In this document: piece by piece, positions 50,816 to 64,000 of the stretch
Layout of the letters: every line of letters starts with the position of its first letter
Position numbering within the stretch: position 1 is the first letter of the stretch
Assembly: GCF_964204645.1 (NCBI RefSeq)
Contig: NC_134029.1
Location: forward strand, 21,508,950-21,572,949
DNA length: 64,000 nt
DNA from: Tubulanus polymorphus
Taxonomy: Eukaryota; Animalia; Nemertea
Reading direction: 5' to 3'
The notes under the pieces: model-generated
The model's input: only the letters and a program-made list of their open reading frames with translations
Told to the model about the DNA's origin: nothing
The model's database searches: none
Program-made: the position numbers and the translations under genes

Positions 50816-52086
50816 TATAAACTCACTTTCTCACGTATATTCTTTTGTGATCAACGTAAACAGCTCTTTCAGAACTATCGCTATAAAAAGTTTTATTGCT
50901 TTTTTACGATTGTCGCATAAAACATTTCCTGTGAAGCACCTGTATATTCTCAGTACCTGTTTATTGCACTGAATTCTTTTGTAGCGTCAGTATTGAACCA
51001 TTCATCATCGCCACATTTTTCATTATGAATCCGTTTTGTCACCAATGCACACACCAGTCAATAACTGTTGCATGTATATTTTTCCGTGCAGGTTTTGTGT
51101 TGGGCGACATTAATACTAATGCGTCCTCTAGTTGGCACTGTTGATCTCAAACCCCCTGCTGTATGTAAGACAACTATAGCGCAGTGCCTGACGGCTAAAT
51201 TGTCATTCCGTCGTCAAATATTCTTCTTAGCATAAATCATTGCATGCTATTAAACAAAAAGCTAAAGAATACACCAGAAAGCGTGTATGTCAGCGAATTT
51301 CTGAAACCTAATGAACAGACAGAGTGGTTTTTAATGTTCTTGATAACACCTTTCATTCACTCCTGGTGAACTAAAAACACCACAAACCACGGCGCCGTGC
51401 TTGGTGACCAGGACACGAATCAAATGACTTCTATGAGTTATTTCCGACTCGTTTATTCTTCGGTCACTAATTATAACCATGAAATTCTGCAGGCGAAGAT
51501 TTTTATTCATGAAAGGTAGCTTTCTAAATGGAATATATTTTTCTTAATTTTGATTATTTGATCTAAACACCGGAGGACGTCCCTTTGATAAACGCGTATG
51601 TGGTTTAGTAAAGTCGTAGAAATTTCTAGTCTTTTAAGCGAATCCCTGACTAACTGAAAAAGTCTTATCTAAATCGGCAATTGTAAGACTGGGCAATTTT
51701 TTGCTTAAAAATCTATATTAGTGTAATGTAGAATAAATGATTGTATAACGTATCTCCAGGTCTTATTTGATTTATAATCAACAATAACGTAGTCAGCAGT
51801 TCAGTTCTACAGTTCTGCATCCAATTCTACAGTTTTGAATCCCTGTTCCCCAGTTGTATAAGCTTCATAGTAACTGCAACTGGTTGATTAGATAGAATCA
51901 AATTATCCAGTAAAATCAAACTTTTCATTTATGCAAATTTACAACCGTACACGGGACAATGGGAACGAACCATTAACTAAACTGTTAACCGAACTGTTAA
52001 CTAAACTGGAATCAAATAGAACAAAAAATCGCTCCTGTCAAAAATCCCTGTCCAATACAACGCTCTGTTTAAGGTCCAGGGTCCAG

Positions 52087-52185
52087 GACCCAGGTTCCAC
52101 AGTTGTGAGTTAGAGTTAACTCTGAGTAGATCATTTTCAATAAGTTAACTCAGAGTCAAATCTTAACTCAGAACTGTGGAACTGG
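52087..52185. mobile_element. PIF/Harbinger-like MITE, third copy of the 29031/35530 family
   Basis: GACCCAGGTTCCACAGTTGTGAGTTAGAGTTAACTCTGAG ... CTCAGAACTGTGGAACTGG. Confidence 0.8.
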
Positions 52186-52190
52186 AGAAA

Positions 52191-52313
52191 CAGTTGCTCA
52201 AAAGTTGGTTAAAGATAGCCGGGAGATAAATACCATAGCAACATTGATATTTCAATTGTCACTATGTCAACTCTCCACTAGTTAACTGTAACCAACTTTT
52301 GGACAACTGGACC
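52191..52313. mobile_element. Adjacent MITE of a second family
   Basis: Inverted termini CAGTTGCTCAAAAGTTGGTTA ... TAACCAACTTTTGGACAACTGG. Confidence 0.7.
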
Positions 52314-52830
52314 GGTATCAATCGTACTTAAGCCCATAAGTGATCTTAAATTTAAAACTATTCTGGACTAAGTCTTAGTCGAAGTAGTCTTAAAAATTGG
52401 CCACGTCTTAGACGGAATCTTTTGCCGCGCCCGCGTGACTGAGTTCCACCCACTTGACTTGATTTACGTTACGATACCGCTCATCAGTGTATTCGCTGAT
52501 AAAACTAATTTGTATGATTGCTTTTATTGCTAGAATCGACCTATAATGTCAGTACTCGTGGATCGCAGCTATATCGTCATTATTTTCTATTCACGCGGTG
52601 TGTTTTGAAAAACCCGCCGGGCGTCGGAATATCTAGATAGTCTAAGGAATTTGTCTCTGGTCATTCTCTCAGTGATATTTGGACCTTCTAACCACCAAAT
52701 TGGTGGAATTGCTAGGAATTGGAAAAACCCGATTAGGATACAAAGATTTTTTGCGTCAGGATCACCGGTCGGTATGTCGCCGGACACGGTGGACTCAGTA
52801 ATATGCAGTACCGGTATACTGCATGAATTC

Positions 52831-52874
52831 ATTGAATTGAATTGAATTGAATTGAATTGAATTGAATTGAATTG
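52831..52874 (+). repeat. (ATTGA)8 microsatellite after a short hairpin; probable retroposon 3' tail
   Basis: Eight perfect ATTGA units directly after the stem-loop ATGCAGTA-CCGGTA-TACTGCAT (52803-52824). Confidence 0.8.
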
Positions 52875-53121
52875 GTTGAGCGGGCACTCGTCTAAAAAGT
52901 CGTATACCGGTGATTTTGGATAACCGTTTTACCCAAGGTCGATGACTAATTTTGGTGGTTTTGGTGCTAGTTTTAAACAGATTTTCTCTCCAAATAGAAA
53001 TGTTGACATAATCACGGCCCAATGTTTGCTATGGTAACATTTAAGTATGTAATAGGATATTTGATTGGTTTTACTCCAATCTTTTAAGTTTTGAGCTCAA
53101 GCCTTTGATCGGATAAAGAAG

Positions 53122-56100
53122 ATGGAATGTTTAAATCTGACAGCCATTCAAAAGCAAAAGTTGACTTATAATCTGATAAAACAGTTGATTCCTATTCACG
53201 GTGTCGATGTTAACTGTGAAAACCTGATTTGCTCAGTCAATGACATATTACTACAAAATGGAAATTCGAATGGTAATATAGTAATGGATTATTTGACGAT
53301 AATTTAACTGCATCTGATGAGATTTAGCTGAACTTGAATGCATCATTTTCATATTTCAGTCGAAGATATGGTACTTGTAGGAATGATTTCATGTGGGATC
53401 CCAGGTGATATTGGCATGTATTGGTGCGATGAAACTGGTAGTGTTCCTTGCCATGTAAGTACACTCGATAGGGCTTAGTATACAAATACCCAGTACTCCG
53501 GAATTACTGCTGTTTGTTTGTTTCCATCCATGTCAGATCATCTATTTATTCATTGCAGGTATCAAAAGGCATTAGTTTTATGTGCATCAATTGCGTAGTT
53601 GTCGTAAACAAATGGATAGTAAAATATAATGAAATTGGTTTGTATACTAGGGTCAACTCAAATTCTTAAGTTTTTGCATGAAACCGGACCCCAGGGGCTA
53701 GTCTTTCGAAAGTTTGCTAACACAAGCACATCCAATGCTTGTGTTACAAACTATACCATGTCAGTTATCCAAAAAGTTACCTTAAACTCACTTTTGGACG
53801 ACTTGCCCCTGGGACTGTTTTCCCTTTATAAAATCAATTCTGACGATACATCAAAAGACTTCACCCAAGGAAGTTTATTTCATTGACTCTGATTTGTTTC
53901 TTTCAGGTCAACCTTTTTTAGAAATAGATGGATCGAAGATGAATTCACTGATGCCGCTGAAATCGAAGCCACCATACTCGCCTCGTAACGCTTTAACTGT
54001 CATCGATGCTCTGCAAATTCTTCATAAACGGTAAGGCACAGAACTCCACTTCATCCAGATCACGTCAAGACACCATTGCAATTAATCATGTTTCGGCCAA
54101 TAAAAAATCCAGATCAAACATCATATTATAATCAGACCCAGTATTCACCTACCGGAACATTTAATACGGGGGACTGAAAATAATGTCTGTAATAGTTCAA
54201 AATTCGAATCTAGGGGGTTTTACTGTAATAATGAGATATTGTATTTTGTGATCACGTCCAAAAGTTTGAATAATTTCACTCAGATATCTGTTATCTACTT
54301 ATAGAGATGCTCTTGAGTTTTCGGGAACGGTGACATTCGTGGGGAAAGTCGATAAACTCAGTGAGATATTCAGGTTTGCCGGTTAACGCGATTTCTATTC
54401 GAAGATCGTCCCGCAAAAGAATTATCATTTACGCGGGTAAATCTTATTTTCTAGAGTCCTAGGTAAATTGTTGTTCCTGGTGAGAATAGTCGATTCATCG
54501 ACGTCCGATATCGTCCATATTCTGGTCAAGGTATCGTTTAATTCTTCATATCGTCAAGAATCTTTATAAATATGAACTCGATGATTGATATTCAGTTATA
54601 TTTTCTGGTTAGGGAGATAAATACATGTACTGGCACCAGTTATTCAAGGTCGGGGAAGAATATGTGTTTTTCGACATGAGGCCATCGACGTTGTACAAAA
54701 ATAAACCGGAACAGTGTAGAATATTCTTACCCTGGAGTTCGGCATCTGTCGTATCATTTGAAGAGTTTAACAATATTGGAAAAATCCTACCACTAAAAGT
54801 ATGTATATTGGCTAATTAGATATCAATTAGACATGTGATAAAAAAGAGGTTTTCTTTGATATCGTTATAGGATACCAAATATTTGAAACATATTCAATGG
54901 ATATTTTGATATAATCTAGACATAAGAGTCCACTCTGCACTTGTGTTACATTCCAAATTTCCGAAATGATCAGAATTTTGCTTTGAAGTACTCTTAGTTC
55001 TTAGAATAAGATTGGCTTTCATTATTTCCGATGACTAACATTTCTATTGTGACAGGTTTGGTGTCAGAAATACCTGCCAATAGAAGATACATCAATATCT
55101 ACTAACAAATTGAGAATATTAGATGAAGAACCTTCAGTTACATGTAGACCAGTAACTGCTGATAAACATATTAATTTCACAGTAAGTGTAGATTTTAAAA
55201 AACGAAATTCTTTTTCTTATTTCACAGTTTATTGAGCTATTTTGCGCTTGAGGTTATTTTATTTATATATCATTTGACCAATTTATGATTTAGGGTGAAA
55301 TAACAGATATAACTGATGGCAAAATTGGAAAGTATTGTTTGAATCACACAATCAAGTGAGTTTTTTTCCGTCTGATCTCACAACAAATGTTTTTGTTTAT
55401 AAACTTTCTACCATAAAATTTCCTGGATACATTAGGTTGTATTTGACATGTGTACCACAAGTAAATGGATTCGCGTATTTGAAGAAAGGCGCTCACGTTG
55501 AAGTTTCAAATTGTCATTCTCATATCGATGATAAGGTATTTTCAATAGAATTTTTAACTAATTCAGATTAAGGATTTGTGCTATTCTCAATAAATCCAAG
55601 GTCCTCTAGCTTTTCAAAATTTTGTCTGTATTTTAAGGGTAATATAGCTGTGCTGTATGGATGTATACATACCTGTGTCAAAATCGTACAGTTCCCACAG
55701 GTAGACGTTCCGACTAATCCTATAGATATCGGCGATCATTCAGTTGTATGTATGATGTGGCATCACAATCTGGATCAAGCTCATCTATCGTGGATTCAGT
55801 CGATTACACGATTACTTACGAAAAGATTTCCTCATCAATTCACCAGGTATATTTGCTGGTCAAATGTAGATAGATTTATGTCACTTCTGAGAACCAGTTC
55901 TCTACAACGTACACCTATCGATGTTGAAAAAATGTTGCTAACTGATGAATTGGCTTCATTATCATGTATGAGTTCTTTTTAGAATTTAATTTCTATTTCA
56001 GTTCAGAAAATACCAGTGATTTACTTCGCAAAATCCTTACAAGTTCCAAAGAAACAGTTAGTAATGCTCCTTTGCTTTACCATGAGAAAAATTGGGTGTA

Positions 56101-59100
56101 TGAATTCATTTCATCGACTGATATCTGCTATCGGAACTCAAAGGTGGGGTTTTAGCTGTTCATATCGTTGTAGTCTGATAGAGATATCTGACAGTTTTCG
56201 GAATATTGTAGGTGAAACCGTTGAATTTTCCAAGCATCAACTCAGTGATCGACAAGGCAAAGAACTATGCTGATTCATTACAGTGCATCGGGTCTGAAAC
56301 TGCTTGGACTGTGTTTAGTATGGACTCAAAACAATCCGATGATTTGGTAAGTATTGATTTATTCAGTCTGATTTAGAAAATCCCTTGCAAAGACGAATTT
56401 AGAATAACGTCCAAAATGTTTCCTTGAGCAAGTAGTTTAATTTACGTTTCATCTATACCCTATTATATATACTATTCCTGAAGATGACTATTAAGCTATG
56501 TCAAAACATTTTATAAACATATTTCATTTTTAGAGAGAGATTTTCTTTATTATCGTCACAATATGGTCTGTTTCTTCAATGGTATCAATTTTGGTATTTC
56601 TTATCTAGGTTTTAATCGGGGAAATTAAAACCTGCGATACTACGGGCATGCTGAGATTAGCCGATAGCGACGGAGCGATAGATGTCGCCATCGATGACAG
56701 CCGCAGCCGTTCGACTAAAACACCGAATATCGTTCGATTTCACATTCCCGACGAATGTTGTTCCGATTGTTATCAGATTTGTAACGGCTCTCTTCCCGTA
56801 TCTCTCGCCGGACGTCTCGTACGAGTTGATAAATATCGAGTGATCATCGAACCGTTGAAACTAAACGATCAAACGATTTATAATATTTTCATTCAATTCT
56901 CAATGGATGACGTAATCGTTTGTGATACGCTGAACTTAACATATTTTAAATCAACGTCGATGCCTTCGGGTCTCGATTATTCCAACCCTCTGATGAAGGG
57001 ACACAAAGTGAGGTATAATGAAGAACCAGCTGGTATTTCCGATAAACTGAACGACACATCATTGATGGAATTAGACTCTGCGGTCGTGGAAAATTCATTT
57101 TTAGATTCTCAACCGGATTGTAAAGATTCGTATACTGATTGTATCGACGTGGATGACGATTGTGATTATATAGTCGTACTGAATAAATCGTTGTTAGGAT
57201 TAGATTCCGATTCCGATTCACCGTCTGCCGGTTTACGATTCGTAGCCGTCGTTCAAAAGACGTACCCGATCACGATCGGTAGAAAATTGGGGAAACCGGA
57301 TCAGATGACGATCACGTTGATATTTGAAGGTAAGAGTGGGGAATCATGTCAGTTTATAACAGCAAACCTTACCAGGTAATTTGGGACTGGCAAAATTTGT
57401 AAATGTCAAGCGAAAATCTGAGTTAAGGTAAAAAGATACGTTAAGAAATCAGAAAAATTAATTCTGTTATTTGAATTGGTCAAAAGTTCGAATTAGGCCA
57501 TGTCTGATTTAGGCTAGGTTCACTGTATATTTTTTGCCTGAATCGCCCGCAGAGGGGCCATTTTAGGAATTCTCATAGAAGAAAATGTAAGGCTTAAGAA
57601 TGTGAGGTGGTTTTGTGTTCGTTTTTTGCTTTATGGACAATCCAAAAAATCTAAACAATCCATCTTTCGATTGCAGGTTCAAATGTAAAGCTCTATTCTA
57701 GTTTACATGTTGGAGTATTGTACAAATGTTCTGTATTGATACCGAGAGTCCGAGTTTATCATCTACCCGACGAATTTCAACTTCAACCGCTGGTTAATAC
57801 AAACTCAATGTGCGAAGTTTGTCTGGAGGTAATTCTCGAAAGGTCATGCGCTTTCAAAAAGCTATGAACGTTTTGGGCTTGATGTGGGTTTTGATCTGGT
57901 ATTTCAAATTTTCAGTTATTTCAGCACGAACCGAAATTGAATGAGAATAACGTGTTATCTGTGAACGCTGTTACTTCCAATGAAACGTAAGCTTCTATCA
58001 GAAAGTTCTTTTTACCTTATTCACAATTATTTCTTTTTTTCAAATTCTCCATTCTCTGTACAGTAAGAAAGAAGACCGACTGGTAAATGTAATTGGTATG
58101 GTCGTAAAGAAACAATTGTTACTCGATACTAAGTCATCTTTTCATTCTGCCGGTGTTTATAATCTTCCTAATGGTAAAAATCATGAAAGGCTCGGATATT
58201 CATCGTGTTGACAACCCATCAAAATGATGATTTACACTAAAGTGAACGCAATATTTTTTTCCAGGGACGCAAATTTTGCATCATATGACAATTTGTTTGA
58301 CGCTGAAAGACTGTGATTCGGATGAACAAGTCTGCGTATATCTACCGTTGAATAACTCAGTCTATCCTTGTGGGTTATTACCGGGTTGTGTGGTCGAGTT
58401 ACGCGACGTTTATATCCGCAAATCGCTTCGAAACACGTTTGAATTGTACTTGCAGTTTCATAAACAAAGCGGCTTGACGGTGTTACAGTTCCCTGATGAA
58501 ATATGCCACAGCATTGTGTACGTTTCCCCGCTTGAGTATCTATTCGAACAGGGTCTCGGCACTTACCTGGAAATAAGGGAAGAGCCAGGGAATTTTTTTT
58601 TTCTTTAAAAAAATCAGGGGAAAAATGTATAGGTGTGGATTTTGTAAAAAAAAAAGCTACAGGGAAAGGTTTGAGAAATTTGTTGAGATTGCTAAATCTA
58701 AAGTGTTAGTTGATTGAATTCTAGCAGTCAGGGAAAACAACGTCCATGTCAGGGAATAGTCGGGGAAAAGTCGGGGGAAAAGCGAGTCAAATAAAAGTGG
58801 CCACCCTGTTGAATTTACGACTCCTAATATGTAAACAATATATATTTCAGTTGTAAGAAAGATGGCGCATTTTCTGTCGAGAATCATGGATATAATAATG
58901 AATATCATGACTTGTGCGACGTATGGAATGGTGGAATTATATCTACGGCTTTCACGTGCTATGTGAATATGCATTTGATTCTTGAATTGCAAATATCCGC
59001 TCAGTGTCAAAGATGTGGTAATTCTTTTCAACGCGGACATTGTTCGAATGAAACTTGTGACGGGGAACCGCGTTATATTTCACAAGCTTGGTAAGGAGCC

Positions 59101-59796
59101 TTCGTTTACTCAGTGGGGTTTTAGTTGAATAACCTTAGTTATCTACTTAGAATTTGTGCTTGCTTATCGTGAAAATTTTAATTTTTTTCTAGCATATGTG
59201 TAGACGATTGCACAGCTTCGGTTAGAGTTTACTGTACGGGAATTGCTGTGCGTGATTTATTACGGTTGAATTCATTAGCCTGGGATGAATTATTACATCT
59301 GGTGTCAGAAAACGGTGCATTTATCTATAAAATTGTACGTTTATAGAAGATGAATCTGTTCAATTGCAATTTCACGTTTTAAGATGGTGGTAACTTTTAA
59401 GTTGATAATAAGAGTAGTTAAAATTCTATTTCATTCCAGGGTGGGGTGAGAATGAAAACGCTGCCCCTGTACGAAGCGTTGTATGATTTGTGTTCTGGCA
59501 ACCGTTTGTATCGCGGTTTACTGATGACACTGAAAACGACCAAAGATTACAAGTCTATTTTTGAAAATCCCATTACTGGTAAAAATTTTTTTCGAACAAT
59601 TATATATGATAAAATTATTATAAATTCGATGTATCGTATGAAATATTTATAGTTTATCATTTCGTTTTTAGATTTTCAGAAGAAGCGATTTGGAACCTTA
59701 CAAACGCATTGTTTGCCATCCATGAATCTCAAATGTTTGAATATATTACCGGTGAACCATGGAAAATTAGCAGACGTTTTTGTCAATTTGAAATGA
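53122..59796 (+). CDS. CTC1: CST complex subunit CTC1 (multi-OB-fold telomere/replication protein), multi-exon; start codon tentative
   Basis: OB-fold signatures: VLVGMI..YWCDETGSVPC; YWHQLFKVGEEYVF; LKKGAHVEVSNCH; VLIGEI..GMLRLADSDGAID; VYLP..YPCGLLPGCVVELRDV. Zinc ribbon QCQRCGNSFQRGHCSNETC. VDDCTASVRVYC..VRDLLRL..WDELL matches human VEDGTAEAVVTC..VAAALGL..WASLL. Stop at 59794-59796. Confidence 0.85.
53694..53808. mobile_element. MITE in a CTC1 intron
   Basis: Inverted termini GGGGCTAGTCTTTCGAAAGT ... ACTTTTGGACGACTTGCCCC, with CAG/CTG at the flanks. Confidence 0.55.
58549..58808. mobile_element. MITE with CAGGGT..GCCAC termini in a CTC1 intron
   Basis: CAGGGTCTCGGCACTT ... AAGTGGCCACCCTG with repeated CAGGGAA motifs; reverse orientation of the 12516/16672 family. 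Confidence 0.65.
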
Positions 59797-60381
59797 GTAA
59801 GATGTACCAGTATACTGGTATATATTGAATTAATGTGTAATAAGCAATACACTTATCATCACTAGAATGCTATGAAACCCCGTCACATAATAAAAATAAA
59901 AATTCTTTATAACCTGATAGTTCGTATATACAGTATGAAATTATTATGATTGTCATATTTGAGATGAAATTCTAGGTTTGCAATAACTGATGAATTGTTC
60001 CATTTTATGAGTTGAATGATTGAGAATTGTAGACAGACATCTGTGGCCACTTGTTTGAATGAAGGTTATTAAATATTAGCTGAGTTCATGTAAAAAATGA
60101 TTATTATCAAACTAGCTGCAGGTATCCTTACAGACCCACAGCTGTTAGTAAATGTAGATTCAATTGTACTAAAAGTACATTGTAATATCTAATTCATTTG
60201 ATGATTTTATTTTAACGTCATATGAAATGATATACCCAAAACCCATCTTAAACAAACAAAAAACGTTACTGATATTTTTTTCCTTATTGTTGGATGATTT
60301 AAATGCTGATATTTCAATTTTATGAGGAGACTATCAGATACAAGTCTGTTTTAAATTGCACAGATGATATTAGAGCGTCGT

Positions 60382-63300
60382 TCACTTTCGGCGATTAAAT
60401 GCAATGCGAAACGGCCGATCTCCCGTCATTATTGTATGCAGAACTGGTTCAACATCTTCTGCGTGGTGATATTTCAACTGGAATTTCTGAATTATCTGAA
60501 AAATTTAAAGATGTAATGATAATCTATGTACTAGTATAATAGTTATGTAGAGATCAATGTACAATGTATATAGACTATTCTAGCACTACTATATTCATAA
60601 ATTCAATAAAATCGTCCACTGCTCTATCATCCCCTACCTTCGCAAGAATAATATGAATTTCTTGTTCTGCAATTCTTCGTCCTTCAATTATAATATAGAT
60701 AACTTCTTAACATAGATAACTTCTTAACGACATTTTTCGCTCTAAGTTATTTGTTATAACCGGTTTGTTTAATGAGGTATTTATACGCAGACTCTTTCGT
60801 ACCTATACACATTCTAGGTCCGTGTCCCCAAACCAGGTTTGATAATGCTTTATATCTGTTATCGTCATCTCTGAGCCATCTTTCGGGTCGAAATTCCATC
60901 GGCTCCGGGAATAAGCTGGCATCACGACCCATGTAGTATAGATTTGCCTGAACATGGGACTAAAATAGCAAACATCGTTCGTTTAGAAATCAATTATTTT
61001 TATCTTTCGTGTATTTGTATGAATATGAGAAATGTAATGAATATATTTATTGATAATAAAAAATGAAATTTTCTTTTATGAAAATTATGATTAGTTGTTA
61101 TTTATGAAGGTGCAAGGAGGGATCGTGCTGGATGCTGCTTGATACATGTAACATCATTCAACTACATGACAATTACAACAAATCGCCATTCAATCTAAAA
61201 TAGAAGCGACGCAGTTCTTACCCCTTCCGGAATGTGATAACCTCCGATTTCCATATCTTTTTGAATGTGTCGGCTCGTAGCGAATGTTATTGGATACAGT
61301 CTTCAAAGGAAAACCATAAAAATAAATCTGCAACTGGTATTCATAATCTTGTGGGGTTTTTTCAATTATAGAAAACTAGTTAGTTAAAATCGACTTACCT
61401 GAAACACTCCTTAACGCATGCTTTAACAAGTGGTAATTTTGCTAAATGTTGAGGAGTTATTTCCGCAACGTCTTCGGGAACAACGTGACTGATTTCAGCA
61501 TACAGTTGTTCTTGCACTTTCTGATTCTTGGCCAAACAGAACAAATTCCACAATGTTGCATTCGAAACCTATACGTACCACCATAGATACATGATCATAA
61601 ATGAATGGACACTTCGATGGCTTTTGATGAATAGTTTCACGAAATTTGAAAACGGGCTTCAAACGCTTACAGTTTCAACGCCTCCTGTCATCATTTCTAT
61701 GGCCGTAGAATTCACTTCTTGTTTAGTCAGACCTTCTTGAGCCAGCAGAAATTCCATCATGCTTTCTCTGAGTTTTCCTTTCTGTGAAATCTTATCCAAA
61801 GCCGTGATTTTCTTTGGAAGAAAACGAAATTTGTATACGAATACGAATACGAATACGAATATTTATGCCTTAAGTTGTATACCGCCACCAAGTGTTGCAA
61901 TTGAAAAAGCAGATGAAATATAAAAATAGCTTTGCACTTTGAATCTAACACATTACGGTATCAACTTGAACTGAAATCATTGAGATTCGTAACTTGAACA
62001 TGAAGTTTGATTCTCTCATTAATTGATATTATTGACTGTACCTTGTCTACATACATCTGTCCTATGGCGAAAACTGAATCTAAATGTGATGAGAATTTTT
62101 TCCACAGTTGAGTCGGATAATACCTGTACACAGGCATATTGTACATGAGGGGCTGCATGCTTTTAAAGAATTCGAGTAAATTGTAGAGGAACTCTTGGGC
62201 TAACATTGACGGCGGTTCCTGAAAACAGCCGATTCTCGTGTCAAACAAGAACGTACACACAGCTGAAAAACAGTCATTTTCCATGTCTTAACCATAAAAC
62301 GGGTAATCAATTTACTAGCATAAAAAGATAGAAAAATAGGAATTGGTCTTCGTCGTGCCGAGGGTAATTTCAACAAATTGGGATAACCATCGGATACTAG
62401 ATAAAGTGTAGGAACATAGTTGAATTCCCGGAACACCATAAATCAAAAATTCGTGACAGGAAATAATCTTCATCTCTGTGGATAAGAAAATTCAGATAAA
62501 AGTGTCGCAATATCGTTGAAAAGTTCAACAATTAATGTCAAATATAGTTCGAACAACCTACAAGAACTTTTAACCTCCTACGCTTATAAACATAAACTGA
62601 AATTTGAGTTAATATCTAGATCCTTACATTCCATGGCCCATTTGAAGACTTCAAACTCTAGTTCGGGTACTTCCGATGTTGTCGGATCTTTGATCTTATC
62701 GATCCTAGTTACGAGATCTGTAGCTACGTCACTCATGACGTCAGTGAATCGGGCTACTTCCTGTATCCGTAACATCTTTTTACTGATTATCGACCGTTGA
62801 TTTCTCCATTCTTCGCCTTGACTAAATACGAAAAATATCATTCCCAATACTCTGGTACACGATATAATATTTCTCTACAACTTATTCATCATTAAACGAT
62901 TTGTAATCAATTTACATCCGAGACTTACGCATTGACAACTCCAAGACCCACATCTCTAACATGTGAACGGTAATATGCCAGTGGTTCCAGGGGTTTGCGG
63001 TTCGGATATTTTCCTTCGTTAAAAATCACTTTATTGTACTGTTCGGGGTCGCTTATAACGATATTTGTCACGTGTCCCAGTCGCTCTTTGAATATAGGTC
63101 CGTATTTCTGGGCCCTCAGTTGATAGACCTTTTTTTAAAAGAAAGATAGATCACACGTAAAATTGTTCGATATGATTATAGCCACTCAATACCAGTATTT
63201 GATTAAAAAGGAACTTCGTTCTTACAAAACCCAAACAACTATATATCATGTCATCCTTCCGTGTGAAAAAAAAAAAATCTATTGATCACGTGATTTGATT

Positions 63301-63791
63301 TATGTATTTAGATAGCTACGTAGAATATATTTTCATTCAAATTACCTCAAACATTTTCTCAAACGTATATCCTCCTGGTTTTATGTAGTCCCACAACGAG
63401 CCGATAAATGGCAAGCCCCTAGGACCTGGTATCTTGCTGAATGGTTTGGGTACCGGGAGAGCAGCCGCTGATACCTGTATGAAATCACGAGGACGTAAAG
63501 AAATGGTTTCAACATAATCAGTAGGGATTATCAAACTCTGAGATTCTTTGGACCCGAAAAAAGAAACAAATTGACCCAGGGAAAATAGCTATAAAATCGC
63601 TTCCCTTTCAACACGATGAAAAATATCAAAATGCTGTTCTTTTTCCTTACCTTGGCATTTTTAGTATCTATCACCTGTGTAGCTAGACCCGATGTCGTAG
63701 ACAACATACAAATGCTGCTGTTTTCATTCCATAATTTTCTTATTCTACCAATTCTATTTGTCCAAATGAAACTCATAGTTTTGGAACACAT
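60382..63791 (-). CDS. CYP10: Mitochondrial-clan cytochrome P450, CYP10-like, multi-exon
   Basis: N-terminal transit-like peptide; KPFSKIPGPRGLPFIGSL; QGEEWRNQRS; FKWAME; I-helix MTGGVETVSN; KACVKECFRLYP (ExxR); EFRPERWLR; heme motif LVWGHGPRMCIGRRIAEQE; C-terminus EPVLHTIMTGDRPFRIAFNRRK*. W at the start of the heme motif matches molluscan CYP10 as I recall it. Confidence 0.88.
61836..61866 (-). repeat. (TATTCG)4 microsatellite in a CYP10 intron, resembling the LINE tail at 880-937
   Basis: The minus strand reads ATAAATATTCGTATTCGTATTCGTATTCGTA, with the same TAAATATTCG junction as the insert tail near 885-937. Confidence 0.6.
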
Positions 63792-64000
63792 TTTCGATCG
63801 GAATTAATAAGAGTTATTTTCAATGATTATTTCTAGCAATTTATCAGGTCTACTGCTTCCAGCGGTAAGCAGATATATCAGAATGAAACGCCTATCCGTA
63901 CAGTCATTATATTCGATGGATTTGATTCGGTCCTCGGGATCAGTCTGGGGTCGGTTGTAACCTATCATTATGACGTAGACTTCAATCCCGAATTGCTCAC

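Noticed and set aside
52831-52874. Telomere-like repeat next to the telomere gene CTC1
   Set aside because: (ATTGA)n is not TTAGGG or TTAGG; it is better explained as a retroposon tail.
55966-56001. Apparent 36-nt micro-intron in CTC1
   Set aside because: The upstream donor at 55848 (ACCAG|gtatat) gives the right phase for the SENTSDLLRK exon and the downstream frame; a normal 154-nt intron explains it.
60682-61815. Three AAG 3' splice sites in the CYP10-like gene
   Set aside because: AAG acceptors also occur in NEK1, C16orf87 and CTC1 in this window, so they look like a general trait of this genome. No U12-type or AT-AC introns were noticed in the introns examined.
1-64000. CRISPR arrays, operons, prokaryotic defence systems, autonomous transposase or RT ORFs
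   Set aside because: The sequence is spliced eukaryotic DNA. No repeat-spacer arrays were seen, and all long ORFs are accounted for by host genes.

Overview
This is AT-rich, intron-rich eukaryotic DNA with compact GT-AG introns, most likely from a lophotrochozoan/spiralian invertebrate (inferred from a CYP10-like P450 and a Nin/DeuSINE-like element). Genes in order: the terminal exon and 3' region of YIPF5 (+), tandemly duplicated, with one copy carrying a LINE fragment; ATRX (-) head-to-head with NEK1 (+); C16orf87/UPF0547 (+) converging on PLRG1 (-); a four-coding-exon gene for an 85-aa secreted 8-Cys peptide (+) that the ORF track misses entirely; FAM181 (-); an intronless rhodopsin-type GPCR (-); a two-exon ~540-aa coiled-coil protein (-); CTC1 (+); and a mitochondrial-clan CYP10-like P450 (-). 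Introns and intergenic DNA hold many MITEs, a tRNA-derived SINE and a 500-bp foldback element. The best leads are the hidden cysteine-rich peptide, a tight cluster of AAGCCAT heptamers between that gene and FAM181, the long uORF-rich ATRX leader with a perfect palindrome on its first splice donor, and the YIPF5 3' duplication. No prokaryotic-type systems, CRISPR arrays or rRNA/tRNA genes were seen. All gene models were spliced by eye and no database searches were run.
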